The notes below the pieces were generated by a model. That model worked only from the letters and a program-made list of their open reading frames with translations. It was not told where the DNA came from and did no database searches. A stretch of 63,658 nucleotides of DNA, counting the filler, from Octopus bimaculoides (Eukaryota): the NCBI RefSeq assembly GCF_001194135.2. It is 10 parts of 8 records of this genome, joined end to end, with 100 filler letters (N's around TTAATTAATTAA, not from the genome) between each part and the next. Parts side by side here need not be neighbours in the genome. Positions count along the whole stretch, not along the records: positions 32,233 to 42,782 come from NC_068987.1; positions 42,883 to 58,728 come from NC_068994.1; 8 more parts are not named here. One strand, written 5' to 3'. Position numbers and translations under genes: made by a program. Positions 36,614 to 49,250 of this stretch are shown here, in pieces. Numbering within the stretch: the stretch's first letter is position 1; each line of letters starts with the position of its first letter.

Positions 36614-36769
36614 TACACAGATAGACAGACAGACAGACGCTGTCTATTATACCGTTAGACTATTTAAAGGGATAAATTGATGAAGTAAATATATGTAGAC
36701 TGATATAACGCTTGTTGTTGCAGACAAATTACCGTACTATATTCTACTTGCTGTTTTATTTGTTCATAG

Positions 36770-36867
36770 GCAGGAAGGCAAACCTGTTCACGTCGGCCAT
36801 GTTTAACAACTACAACTACCCCAATGGACTTTGCTGGGATGACTTCTGTCGACAGGATCCTATTGTG
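36770..36867 (+). CDS. MAN2B1: Alpha-mannosidase exon: GRKANLFTSAMFNNYNYPNGLCWDDFCRQDPIV
   Basis: ttcatag acceptor, GTCAGT donor. LFT...N.Y..P..LCWD..C motif, phase compatible. Confidence 0.92.
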
Positions 36868-37184
36868 GTCAGTACACATCGCTATTGATTTTTACACCAT
36901 ATACTGAGTTTTAGACGCTACTTCATGGTATCCTTTGTTTTAACAACTTCTCTGTTGTAGAAGTAGAAATGGTTGACCAATCTGGTAAGGCAATAGGTTA
37001 TCAATTGAGAGATTGCCGTTTTGTATTTTATCATTATCATAATGTTGCCCAAGAACTTGATCCTTAAATGGCTCAGACCGCCTAACTGAAAGTAAGGCAT
37101 TTCTTGAACAGTAAAACCTAATGGGTGTATTTTGTAGCAATATAGCAATATTGTAGAATTGACAAGAATCTTGTTGACTTTCAG

Positions 37185-37280
37185 TGATAAGTTCCTGGCT
37201 TTAGGTAAAAGAAAATACAGGAAGATCAGTTAATTATGATTTTATTCAACATATTCCCATCTCAGATTCACACATATATA
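37185..37280 (+). mobile_element. mariner-derived MITE end
   Basis: AAGTTCCTGGCTTT...ATGATTTTATTCAACATATTCCC resembles mariner terminal and subterminal sequence. Confidence 0.5.
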
Positions 37281-38384
37281 ACGGGAACTGTATATAAGAA
37301 GGAATCCTATAGACCGAATTACTTTGATACCTTTAATATATCGGCTGAGAGAGCATTTATGTAGTTGTCACAGATACTAGAATTAGCAGCTAAAGCACTG
37401 TTAAGTCTCATCTTGCCACTTTAAAGAAAGGGAAGATTGATTGTATAAGGCGAGCTTACGTACAATATGTTTGAATAAAAGATCAGATAGCCACAACTGG
37501 AAGGCGTTTTATCATATGACCGATTTATCAGATCTGACGTGGGGCTATACAACAAGAATCCTTAGATATATTAGATGGTATCTACGTCTTCAATGGTGAT
37601 ATACAGGCTTACAGGACTCACCAATCCATACGACTTTATTCTCTCAATAAAAGCTGTGATGAAAATGCTGAGAGACAGCAAAATGTTGTTTTTAAAACTG
37701 GGGATGCTAGCGTGTCAGATTTTCAGTACTAACCTATAATAATCTTACGGCAGTGTTATATAATTTCTAACATTGAGACACGTTTAAAATATATCTTACT
37801 GGGCAACTGTAATTGGAAAGAAAAAGAAACATTAGTCGATCAAGGATGAAGACATTGATAAAAATGAAATGACAACAGTTATTCAGGGTAGCGAAACAGA
37901 ATAACAAAACACGACTTCAGTCTACCGTGGAAGACTAAGTAAATATAGATAACAAAGGACACACAACTGCATTTCTATGGGTAATTTCATTTTGTATACT
38001 AGATTGACTTCGTCTTTCTGTACTTCAGTAACAGATTAAATAAAAAAAAAACTAGTAATATACGTTTATTCTCGTTTATTATTGATTCATTGATTCATTC
38101 ATCAGTACGCTCAGTTGTGAACAATGCTGCGCTAATCACGAATTAAACAGTAATAGTACAAGTCGGTGATCAGTTGAAGATTTTGTTTGGATCACAAAAG
38201 TTCGCTTGAATGTTCAGCTATTTATAATGCTCAGCTATCCGGCATGCATTGATTATCGCTCGTGTTTACATAACTTTGCTGCGAGTCTGCATTTTTTTTG
38301 TATCGATTTACGTACTGGTACTCATCAATATACCGCCAGTGAACAGAAGAAAAAAAATTCACAACACCATATATGTTGGGGAGT

Positions 38385-38768
38385 GGAGGCGCAATGGCCC
38401 AGTAGTTAGGGCAGCGGACTCGCGGTCATAGGATCGCGGTTTCGATTCCCAGACTGGGCGTTGTGAGTGTTTATTGAGCGAAAACACCTAAAAGCTCCAT
38501 GAGGCTCCGGCAGGGGATTGTGGCAAACCCTGCTGTACTCTTTTACCACAACTTTCTCTCGCTCTTACTTCCTGTTTCTGTTGTGCCTGTAATTCAAAGG
38601 GTCAGCCTTATCACACTGTGTCACGCAGAATATCCCCGAAAACTACCTTAAGGGTACGCATGTCTGTGGAGTGCTCAGCCACTTGCACGTTAATTTCACG
38701 AGCAGGCTGTTCCGTTGATCGGATCAACTGGAACCCTCGACGTCGTAAGCGACGGAGTGCCAACAACA
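38385..38768 (+). mobile_element. Long tRNA-derived SINE ending in (CAA)n; second copy at 40299-40560
   Basis: Box A-like TGGCCCAGTAGTT and box B-like GGTTTCGATTCC. About 260 bp of the 3' part is nearly identical to 40299-40560. Confidence 0.82.
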
Positions 38769-38881
38769 GAATATTTTGGGGATGAAACATCCCGGATAAA
38801 CGAGAATAGATGTACTGGGTTAGATTTATTCCACTATTCTTTTCACCTTTTACTAATGTAAGAATTTTCATTATTTTTCAG

Positions 38882-38953
38882 GAGCGTAAAGATCTTCCAG
38901 AATATAACGCAAACCACTATCTGCAGCTCTTTTATAGTGCGGCAGATGAACAG
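38882..38953 (+). CDS. MAN2B1: Alpha-mannosidase exon: ERKDLPEYNANHYLQLFYSAADEQ
   Basis: tttcag acceptor, GTAAAT donor, 72 bp. Matches the PEYN...Q segment of MAN2B1-type enzymes. Confidence 0.88.
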
Positions 38954-39295
38954 GTAAATATTACTATAAATAGTTTATTTTGTGTAACACACTTGTAGTT
39001 GATTGATAAACAGATACTAAAAGTGCAAACAACAATGGGTAGTCAGCGTGAATGTGAATAACAGTGAATGATAGCTTTAAACTGATACCTCATGCAAACT
39101 TGACTATAACTTCTATGTGTACGAAATATCAAATACCAAAGGCAGGCTGTGGTGAATAAGATCATTTTGCAACCACATGGTTTTGAGTTAAGTTTCACTG
39201 CGTGGCGCATTAGTAAAGTGTTTTTACTGTAATCCCGGGTCGACCAATGCCTTGTAAGTGAATTTAGGGGGAGGAAGCTGTGTGTAAGTCCGTCG

Positions 39296-39332
<37 letters not shown>

Positions 39333-39338
39333 CCATTA

Positions 39339-39431
39339 CCGCCAATCTTACCAATCGGTTTCGCGTTAGGGATTCAACGGAGTGTAAGGCAACAAGCTGA
39401 TAATGTAACCCTGCACTCATCAGAGGGAGCC
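39339..39431 (-). ncRNA. Hammerhead ribozyme with degenerate stem I (predicted relic)
   Basis: CTGATGA-GTGcAGGG...CCCTaaCGC-GAAA-CCGATTGG-TA. Core intact and helix III near-palindromic, but stem I pairs only about 2 bp. Confidence 0.5.
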
Positions 39432-41679
39432 GTTATGGAATGAAATATGGCGACTNNNNNNNNNNNNNNNNNNNNNNNNNNNNNNNNNNNNNNNNNNNNN
39501 NNNNNNNNNNNNNNNNNNNNNNNNNNNNNNNNNNNNNNNNNNNNNNNNNNNNNNNNNNNNNNNNNNNNNNNNNNNNNNNNNNNNNNNNNNNNNNNNNNNN
39601 NNNNNNNNNNNNNNNNNNNNNNNNNNNNNNNNNNNNNNNNNNNNNNNNNNNNNNNNNNNNNNNNNNNNNNNNNNNNNNNNNNNNNNNNNNNNNNNNNNNN
39701 NNNNNNNNNNNNNNNNNNNNNNNNNNNNNNNNNNNNNNNNNNNNNNNNNNNNNNNNNNNNNNNNNNNNNNNNNNNNNNNNNNNNNNNNNNNNNNNNNNNN
39801 NNNNNNNNNNNNNNNNNNNNNNNNNNNNNNNNNNNNNNNNNNNNNNNNNNNNNNNNNNNNNNNNNNNNNNNNNNNNNNNNNNNNNNNNNNNNNNNNNNNN
39901 NNNNNNNNNNNNNNNNNNNNNNNNNNNNNNNNNNNNNNNNNNNNNNNNNNNNNNNNNNNNNNNNNNNNNNNNNNNNNNNNNNNNNNNNNNNNNNNNNNNN
40001 NNNNNNNNNNNNNNNNNNNNNNNNNNNNNNNNNNNNNNNNNNNNNNNNNNNNNNNNNNNNNNNNNNNNNNNNNNNNNNNNNNNNNNNNNNNNNNNNNNNN
40101 NNNNNNNNNNNNNNNNNNNNNNNNNNNNNNNNNNNNNNNNNNNNNNNNNNNNNNNNNNNNNNNNNNNNNNNNNNNNNNNNNNNNNNNNNNNNNNNNNNNN
40201 NNNNNNNNNNNNNNNNNNNNNNNNNNNNNNNNNNNNNNNNNNNNNNNNNNNNNNNNNNNNNNNNNNNNNNNNNNNNNNNNNNNNNNNNNNNNNNNNNNGG
40301 GGATGGTGGCGAACCCTGCTGTACTCTTTCACCGCAACTTTCTCTCTCTCTTACTTCCTGTTTCTGTTGTACCTGTAATTCAAAGGGTCAGCCTTGTCAC
40401 ACTGTTTCACGCTGAATATCCCCGAGAACTACGTTAAGGGTACACGTGTCTGTGGAGTGCTCAGCCACTTGCACGTTAATTTCACGGGCAGGCTGTTCCG
40501 TTGATCTGATCAACTGGAACCCTCGACGTCGTAAGCGACGGAGTGCCAACAACAACAACGTTGTTATAGGCCCTACCTTTAAGGACAGCAATGCACTGAG
40601 ACTTAATATATTTATTTATTGATAACAAGCTATGACATGCATAAATCTATATTGATTAGCATTGGGTTCCTTGACACGTACGGTAAATGCTCAATGTACC
40701 CATTGTTTAACACGGCACTGAGTTCGTTCCCCACCTCTTTGAGAAACACCGAGTTTATACATTATTATTTACGTAGTTATCATTCTACATTTGAATCCCT
40801 ATTTTCTGTTATTCTTGCTATTTCTTTGATGTCTCCGAATATATTTCACCAAAGTGGATTGACAAACTTTGTTGTGTTATTCATACCAGAGTTTATGTTT
40901 GTTACCTGCATCTCATTAGAACATCAGACAAACTGCCACGCGCGAGGTATTTGTTCCTTTTTTAAATCAAATTTCTGAGTTCAAATCCTACCGAGGTCGA
41001 CTTTGCCTTTCGTCCTTTCGTAGTTGACAAAATAAGTACCAGCTGAGTCCTTGGGTCGATGTACGCCCGCCACTACGTTCCGAGTTCAAATTCCGTCGAG
41101 GTTGCCATTACCTTTCATCCTTTCGGGGTCGATAAAATTAGTACCAGTTGAACACTGGGGTCAACTCATCCCCTCCTCCCAAATTGCTGCCCTTGTGACA
41201 AAATTTGAAGTCATCATCATTATTATTATTGTTGGTGCTGTTTTTGTTGTTCAACATTTGGTAACATTGTGTGTTCTTTTTGTTGTTGTTGGGAGTGTGC
41301 AAACACTTTCCGGTATTGTACTGAGTCAGTTTCTTTTCTTTAAAATCTTTGAGATGTGGTGCAGTCTTTTGTTGTATTAATGTTTGTATTGTGTGATGTG
41401 TATGTAATGCATCGGGCAACTGGATTGCTGGTGGTCATTTATTTCATTGGATATTTGCTGTGTAGCGTGTGTCTTGTGTTTTATTATTATTATTATTATT
41501 ATTGTTCAACATTTGGTAGTTTCAGGAAAAGTTCTACTGCGTCACCTGCAACATTTCCGTGTTGTTGGGATGTGTGCAACAGCATTATGTTTCTTTTTTA
41601 TGTTGGGAGTGTGCAAACTCTCCCTGGTATTGAATTGCGTCAGTTTTTTTTGTATGGGGTGTGGTTATTATTATTATTA

Positions 41680-41735
<56 letters not shown>

Positions 41736-41739
41736 TTAT

Positions 41740-41977
41740 GTTTGACTTTTGCTTTGCATTTGTACAAATTGGATCCAAGTCTCACCCAGAGACCTCAAGG
41801 GACAACAAGTTAGAAGTTCATGTAGGTGTTATGCCTAGGGTACCATATATTTCGATTTGTACATAGTGTTGGTCTAGAGAATGTTTAAGAAACCATAAGA
41901 AAATTATGTGTTTGTTTTAAAATTTGAGATCACATAGACAGTATTTTACGTAGGATATGGGCAGTTCCCATGAGCAC

Positions 41978-41980
<3 letters not shown>
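41740..41980 (-). mobile_element. 5'-truncated R4/Dong 3' end embedded in (TAA)n
   Basis: ORF end IVLMGTAHILRKILSM*. The 3' UTR is similar to 20900-21030, and TAA arrays lie on both sides. Confidence 0.8.
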
Positions 41981-42035
<55 letters not shown>

Positions 42036-42882
42036 GTTGTTGTTGTTGTTACATGAATTCATCAGAGAGAGAAGAGCAACGCCAATGACCTACTTGAGGA
42101 CATTGGCTCTTGCGGGAGGAAGTTTTCCCCCGACCATGTCTCTGGCATGAATACTTACAACAGAGCGCTCTCCGCTAAAGGCACCCAAGAACCAAAGTGA
42201 GGGGAGACTGAGATTTATACTGGACTACTGAATTAAGTCCGTCAGAAGAACATAACGGATAAGAAAGGATAGTGTTCATGGTCTTTGTAAGCTATTACTA
42301 ATCGATGAGATCGATATGGTTCACTTTAAATATCTAAGGGTGAAATCGATAAAGTTCCCTTTGAATGGCCGCTGATTAATGTCCGTACAAATATATATTG
42401 GTGTGCAGCAAATCCATGTGCGTTCTGGATAGGAAGAATTTGAACAAATATTTAGATGTTCTGGGTGAATGATGCATGAAAATGATAAGGAGAAGAAAGG
42501 ACAACACATTGACGTATCGTGCTGGGTCTCATTCAGTGCCATCCTATGATGTGCATCCATCGTAATGGGCTGTTAGAGAAAGTATGGTTGTGTGGTTAAG
42601 AAGCTCGATTTGCAGTTTTGAGTTCGATCCCACAACGCTGCATCTTGAGTGCCTTCTACAGTAACCTATTAACATGTGTTTGAGTGAATTTGACGGATGG
42701 ACGGACGGACGGACGGACAATGAGCGGAAGCGCGTACGCATATATATATATATGTATACATATATATATATATATATATATANNNNNNNNNNNNNNNNNN
42801 NNNNNNNNNNNNNNNNNNNNNNNNNNTTAATTAATTAANNNNNNNNNNNNNNNNNNNNNNNNNNNNNNNNNNNNNNNNNNNN

Positions 42883-43135
42883 ATATGAAAACTCACATCT
42901 TATTTTGTTGGGTATGATAGAAAGTGTCAGCTGTCCACAGCCAGCAGACTAAGGTGACACTTGTTTACTGGTCATGCTTCAAAAACCCTGCGAAGAATTC
43001 TTGCAGTTCCAAGCAATGTTGATTTTTGTTCTACCTTCACGCTTACATCAATCTTTTTCAGCCATGTTGGTAGTTGAGTGCTGAGACTTCCAAATGCACC
43101 AATTACTATTGGTATCATGTCTACTCTCCTCATTG
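42883..43135 (-). mobile_element. RLE-type non-LTR element 3' end
   Basis: IPIVIGAFG...QKSTLLGTARILRRVFEA*, with (TAA)n on the 5' side. Confidence 0.8.
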
Positions 43136-43143
43136 AATTATTA

Positions 43144-43176
<33 letters not shown>

Positions 43177-44671
43177 NNNNNNNNNNATGTATGTATGTAT
43201 GTATGTATGTATGTATGTATGTGCGTGTGTATGTAGATATATAAAAGTCTAATCAATCGGACAGAGGCTTAAATATGTCAGATACACACAAGCATGTGAA
43301 TAGATCGATACAATTTCCCATAGCCGTGTGTGTTTTATTGATAAGAAATTTAAAATGATTCGTGACAAAAAGCTATTTGATTTGCTCTTTGTTATGTTTG
43401 ATATTGACAAACGAATGAACAGTTGGAACAGTTCACTGAATTTATGGCTAATTCAACAGAACCGTCTAATATGTAATCGGGACGAGTAATTCATGGGTTT
43501 TTCGGATGTTTCCTTAATGAAATGGGACGATTTAAAAAAAGAAAAGAGAAAGAAACATCTCATAGTAAAGTTTAGAGGAAGAAACTGTAGTATTAGAGAT
43601 ACAAAACCCGTCTTGAATTCTTTAATTGACTCTTACATATATCTATTGTTATCATTATATTATTTATTGTATTATCATATATCTTCATTGTTATTATCAT
43701 TAGCATCGTTACTAATACGGCGAACAAAATGCTTAAAGGCATTTCATCCGTCTTTACGTTCTGAATTCGAATGCCATCGGGATCGAGTTTGCCTTTCATC
43801 CTTTTGAGGTCAGAAAAATAAGTACCTGTTAGTCTCTGAGATCGATGTACTCGACTTATCCCCTCCCTCGAACTTGCTGATCTTGTGCCAAAATTTGAGA
43901 TCATTATTATTATTATATGAAAACTCACATCTTATTTTGTTGGGTATGATAGAAAGTGTCAGCTGTCCACAGCCAGCAGACTAAGGTGACACTTGTTTAC
44001 TGGTCATGCTTCAAAAACCCTGCGAAGAATTCTTGCAGTTCCAAGCAATGTTGATTTTTGTTCNNNNNNNNNNNNNNNNNNNNNNNNNNNNNNNNNNNNN
44101 NNNNNNNNNNNNNNNNNNNNNNNNNNNNNNNNNNNNNNNNNNNNNNNNNNNNNNNNNNNNNNNNNNNNNNNNNNNNNNNNNNNNNNNNNNNNNNNNNNNN
44201 NNNNNNNNNNNNNNNNNNNNNNNNNNNNNNNNNNNNNNNNNNNNNNNNNNNNNNNNNNNNNNNNNNNNNNNNNNNNNNNNNNNNNNNNNNNNNNNNNNNN
44301 NNNNNNNNNNNNNNNNNNNNNNNNNNNNNNNNNNNNNNNNNNNNNNNNNNNNNNNNNNNNNNNNNNNNNNNNNNNNNNNNNNNNNNNNNNNNNNNNNNNN
44401 NNNNNNNNNNNNNNNNNNNNNNNNNNNNNNNNNNNNNNNNNNNNNNNNNNNNNNNNNNNNNNNNNNNNNNNNNNNNNNNNNNNNNNNNNNNNNNNNNNNN
44501 NNNNNNNNNNNNNNNNNNNNNNNNNNNNNNNNNNNNNNNNNNNNNNNNNNNNNNNNNNNNNNNNNNNNNNNNNNNNNNNNNNNNNNNNNGGTAAATCAAG
44601 CACCAGTTGAGTATTGTGATCGACTGTCTCCCTCCCCACAAAATCCAGGCCTCGTGCCTATAGTGGAAAAG

Positions 44672-44707
<36 letters not shown>

Positions 44708-44709
44708 TA

Positions 44710-44925
44710 AGGCGGGGAGCCGGCAGAATCGTTAGCGCACTGGACGAAATGCTTAACGGTATTTCGCCCGTCGCTACGTTCTGAGTTCAAATTCCGCCGA
44801 GGTCGACTTTGTTTTTCATCCTTTCTAGGTCGATAAATTAAGTACCAGTGAAACACTGAGGGTCGATGTAATCAACTTATCACCTTCCCCAAAATGACTG
44901 CCCTTGTGGCAAAATTTGAAACCAT
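44710..44925 (+). mobile_element. SINE family B. Further copies at about 4500-4660 -, 15290-15445 -, 16600-17345 + (several pieces), 40930-41210 +, 43700-43900 +, 62840-63060 -
   Basis: Shared GGCAGAATCGTTAGC...TTCTGAGTTCAAATTCCGCCGAGGTCGACTTTG...GTCGATAAATTAAGTACCAG...AAAATTTGAAAC in many copies. Confidence 0.8.
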
Positions 44926-45012
44926 TATTATTATTGTTGTTATCCTCATCTTTTATTTGCCACCAGGGCATACATACATAATACAACATAACAGCATAGT
45001 TGTGTATGTGTA

Positions 45013-45051
<39 letters not shown>

Positions 45052-45210
45052 GTAAGAGATCGATGTGTGTGTGTATGTGTAGTACAGTGCATGTGCGCGA
45101 GTGCTCTGGAGAAACTAATCATAATCTTACAGTAGAAGAAACTGTGAACAAATTATTTCCCAAACACTTCCCTCTTCTGTCCAAACCTCAACTCTCTAAT
45201 AAAGGAATAC

Positions 45211-45523
45211 TATATTAACTCTCACCAAACCTCATCCTCCCCTGTTCTCTCACGCCCACTTTCTCTCTCTGTCCCTCCGCTTCTCTCTCTCTCTCTCTCT
45301 CTCTCTCTNNNNNNNNNNNNNNNNNNNNNNNNNNNNNNNNNNNNNNNNNNNNNNNNNNNNNNNNNNNNNNNNNNNNNNNNNNNNNNNTTCTATGTCCTCG
45401 TCTTGTTTTACAGTAACTGGCTGTTTACATGTAAAACAGGATGCGGCATGAAAGAAAGAAAGAAAGAAAGAAAGAAAGAGGAAGGTGTGAAAGACATCTA
45501 AAAGTGTATAAGAGAGAAAAGAG

Positions 45524-45570
<47 letters not shown>

Positions 45571-45786
45571 GGAGGTAGACGTTAGAAATCCTCTAAGAGA
45601 GCATACAAGATGATGGCCACGTTAACACATAAATCATTTTTATTATGTCACTAGTAATGATATATGTGAAATACCTAGGTATATAAATTTTGAAAATTGC
45701 TTGAAAAAAGCTGGAACAGACGACTAATGTAGATACTGAGAATAGCGGAAGAAGAAATCAAGTCTTCTTAGTTCTGATTTAAATGT
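45211..45786 (+). repeat. Diverged local duplication, copy 1; copy 2 at 48353-48862
   Basis: Collinear shared blocks: TATATTAACTCT-(CT)n, TTCTATGT.CTCGTCTT...TTACAGTA, CATACAAGATGAT.GCCAC, TAATGATATATGTGAAATAC, ATGTAGATACTGAGAA, TTTAAATGT. Confidence 0.8.
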
Positions 45787-46329
45787 ACAATTGTCAGTTT
45801 TACTTGTTTCAGTCATTGGACTTTTGCCGAACAGCTAGGTTACGGGGACGTAAACAAACCAGCAGCGTTTGTTAAGCAGTGGTGGAGGACAAACCCAAAC
45901 TCAAGGACACACATGCATACATTTATATAAATATATATATATTCTACAGAAATTTGAGTTATCTAAGAATTAAGGAAGCTATCCTCATAGACAGATTAGG
46001 GCTCCAAATTAACAACTGGCTGGAGGTTGGCAATCAGTATATTATTTAGTTGCATCTGAATGTGTGTAGGTTCATTTTTGATAAAATGCTCATGTATTAT
46101 ATAAAGAAAAAGAAAAAGAAAGGAAGAAACTGCGCGTATAATACATAACTTAGAAGCAGCGCTGCGGATGTGCCAACACACACGAGCTTGAGACATGGCC
46201 GCCCTCACGCACTTTTCATGAGGAATTCCGGAAGGTGCTTCGTGAGACCACTCAGGGACACTCCCGGAAAAATTAATTTCAGTAACCGTTGGAAAACCGA
46301 TTATAGCAGTGACTCGATCAATTCCTAGC

Positions 46330-46376
46330 GATATCTGAAGAAGGAATTTTGTATTCCGAAATATTATTATTATATC
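46330..46376 (+). ncRNA. Type I minimal hammerhead ribozyme (predicted)
   Basis: GATAT-CTGAAGA-a-GGAAT tttgt ATTCC-GAAA-TAttatTA-TT-ATATC. 5-bp stems I and II, weak A/U helix III, AUU site. Confidence 0.62.
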
Positions 46377-46911
46377 AGACTATGGATAATTAAATCATAA
46401 CAGTTATTATAGCCNNNNNNNNNNNNNNNNNNNNNNNNNNNNNNNNNNNNNNNNNNNNNNNNNNNNNNNNNNNNNNNNNNNNNNNNNNNNNNNNNNNNNN
46501 NNNNNNNNNNNNNNNNNNNNNNNNNNNNNNNNNNNNNNNNNNNNNNNNNNNNNNNNNNNNNNNNNNNNNNNNNNNNNNNNNNNNNNNNNNNNNNNNNNNN
46601 NNNNNNNNNNNNNNNNNNNNNNNNNNNNNNNNNNNNNNNNNNNNNNNNNNNNNNNNNNNNNNNNNNNNNNNNNNNNNNNNACTACGAGACAAGAGAGAGA
46701 AAGAGTGAATGTTCTTAAAGGGAGAGAACCGCTTCAGGGTTTATATTTTGTTTCTTATATTGGAAGATCTTTTCTCTATGAGTGATAAGAGAGAAAGAGC
46801 ATATATTTCTATATTTCCATATAATTCATTTAATAGATATTCCAGTAGTTGTGGATTGTACATTTTGCCCTTGTTCTGGGCTCTTCAGCACAGCATAACT
46901 CTATACACACT

Positions 46912-46951
<40 letters not shown>

Positions 46952-47753
46952 CACACACACACATACACACATGCTCACGCACGCACACACCGAAAATTAC
47001 ATACCGCGTTGTTGAATCGAACCTGAGACCTCGTATTACCGAAGCAAACTACTTAACTATTCGAAGATATTATACATACATACATGCATGCATACATGTG
47101 TATTTGTGTGTGTGTAGGTATGTATATATATCTACACGTATGTATATGTGTATTACCAAGAGAAAAAGTCAGAATGGTTAACGGCATGTATAATACAAGT
47201 ATATGAAATACCGTGCACAATAAATTCTTCATTTATTAAAATAACTCAGCCACTTTGTCATAGCTAAATGTGTTCTACTCTTTTTGCATAAGTCTTTTGG
47301 CTACTGGAGATACAGTTGGACAATTGTTCTGCTGATATCGCTATTGAAGCATGTTCACGACTGTCATTTGATCTTCAGACAATAAACCTGTACTAATCAT
47401 TAATGGCAACTTTGGAGAAACTCTTGATCCTTGAAATCATCTCCCATTCTCATATCTTGGTATTGATTGCTATTTCGTAATTATGCACATCATCTAGAGA
47501 ATGAGATAATTTTAAATTAAGAACTTATGTTGTATGATTTTGATATACCTGTATTTGTCTACATACACACACACACACACATACACACACACATCCAATA
47601 ATAAAAAACCAACGAATGGATTATATGCTATCGTTACATTTCTTTCGTTAACAGACTTTATTGCATTGTAACATTGTGCTAGTAGGTATGTATAAAGTAC
47701 AATATCTATAATATATGTATGTACATTATACATACATACATACATTGCTTTTC

Positions 47754-47798
<45 letters not shown>

Positions 47799-49190
47799 AG
47801 CAATGTCGATCTCAGCGGAAATATGAACTCCGAACGTGAACACCCACGAAATTCCGAAAATCTTTTTATCCAGAATGCTAACGAATCTTTCAGCTCACCT
47901 GTACATATAATATATATATATATANNNNNNNNNNNNNNNNNNNNNNNNNNNNNNNNNNNNNNNNNNNNNNNNNNNNNNNNNNNNNNNNNNNNNNNNNNNN
48001 NNNNNNNNNNNNNNNNNNNNNNNNNNNNNNNNNNNNNNNNNNNNNNNNNNNNNNNNNNNNNNNNNNNNNNNNNNNNNNNNNNNNNNNNNNNNNNNNNNNN
48101 NNNNNNNNNNNNNNNNNNNNNNNNNNNNNNNNNNNNNNNNNNNNNNNNNNNNNNNNNNNNNNTATATATATATGTGAGTGGGTGTACATATATATATATG
48201 TAGTTATGTTAATTTGTACATGCGTGTATGTATGTGCGTATATGTGCGTAGATGTGTGTGTGAGAAAGAAAGAAAGAAGAAAGAATTTGATCATAAACTT
48301 ACTGTAAAAGAAACTAAGAATAGATGATTTTCAACACACCTGCCTAAAGCTCTATATTAACTCTTCCCACCTCTCTCTCTCCCCTCTCTCCCCCTCTCTC
48401 TCTGCCTCTCTCCCACTCTCTCTCTCTTTCTGTTACCTATTGTGTTACTTTATCTTTTCCCATTTATCACTTTTTCTATGTTCTCGTCTTTATTTACAGT
48501 ACGCCGCTGTCTACATGCCTATGAAAATATTTTTTTTATCAGACAAGGAAAAAGCAAGAAAGAAAGAAAGTGAGAGAGAGGAGGTGCAAAAAGTAAGAGA
48601 GGGAGTAGTTAGACAAATAGAATGAAAGAGGACGAGAAATACATAAATGAGTAAAATATGTATGTTTGAATAGAAGCCATACAAGATGATTGCCACATCC
48701 ACACATATATCATATTCTTAATGCCACTGCTAATGATATATGTGAAATACTCAAGGTTACAAAATATGATAAGCGTTTAAAAAAAAATTGAGACAGACTA
48801 CTCATGTAGATACTGAGAAAAGCAGAAGTAGAAATTAAAAGTCTCTGTTTTAATTTAAATGTCATGGAAATCGTCTTCCATGACACTTTGGAGAAGAACG
48901 GATATAAATAACAAGAAACTTGTACTTAAGAAGCTCGCTCCGCAACTACATATTTCAGGTTCAATTCCTATGTACAACACTTTCGGCAACTACCCGTATA
49001 TACATATATGAAAAAAAGGGATACCAACAACTCCATTCTTCACTTGTTATTTTATACGTTGGATTTTCGGTTTGTGTGAAGCTAATGTTTCCACTGAAGA
49101 AATTTTCTTTATCATACATTCTGATACTCAGTGTCCGTAGAAGCTGCCTGAAGTAATCGCTTGAATTCCTGGGTTCCTGCTTCTTCACTG

Positions 49191-49250
<60 letters not shown>

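Noticed and set aside
42050-42200. Hairpin GCCAATG/CATTGGC and an antisense CTGATGA
   Set aside because: No GAAA or stems for a hammerhead and no P2 for an HDV fold. Probably a LINE terminus.
43916-44063. Exact duplicate of 42883-43031
   Set aside because: One copy starts at a gap and the other ends at one, with apparently full identity. Most likely redundant contig ends or haplotype overlap.
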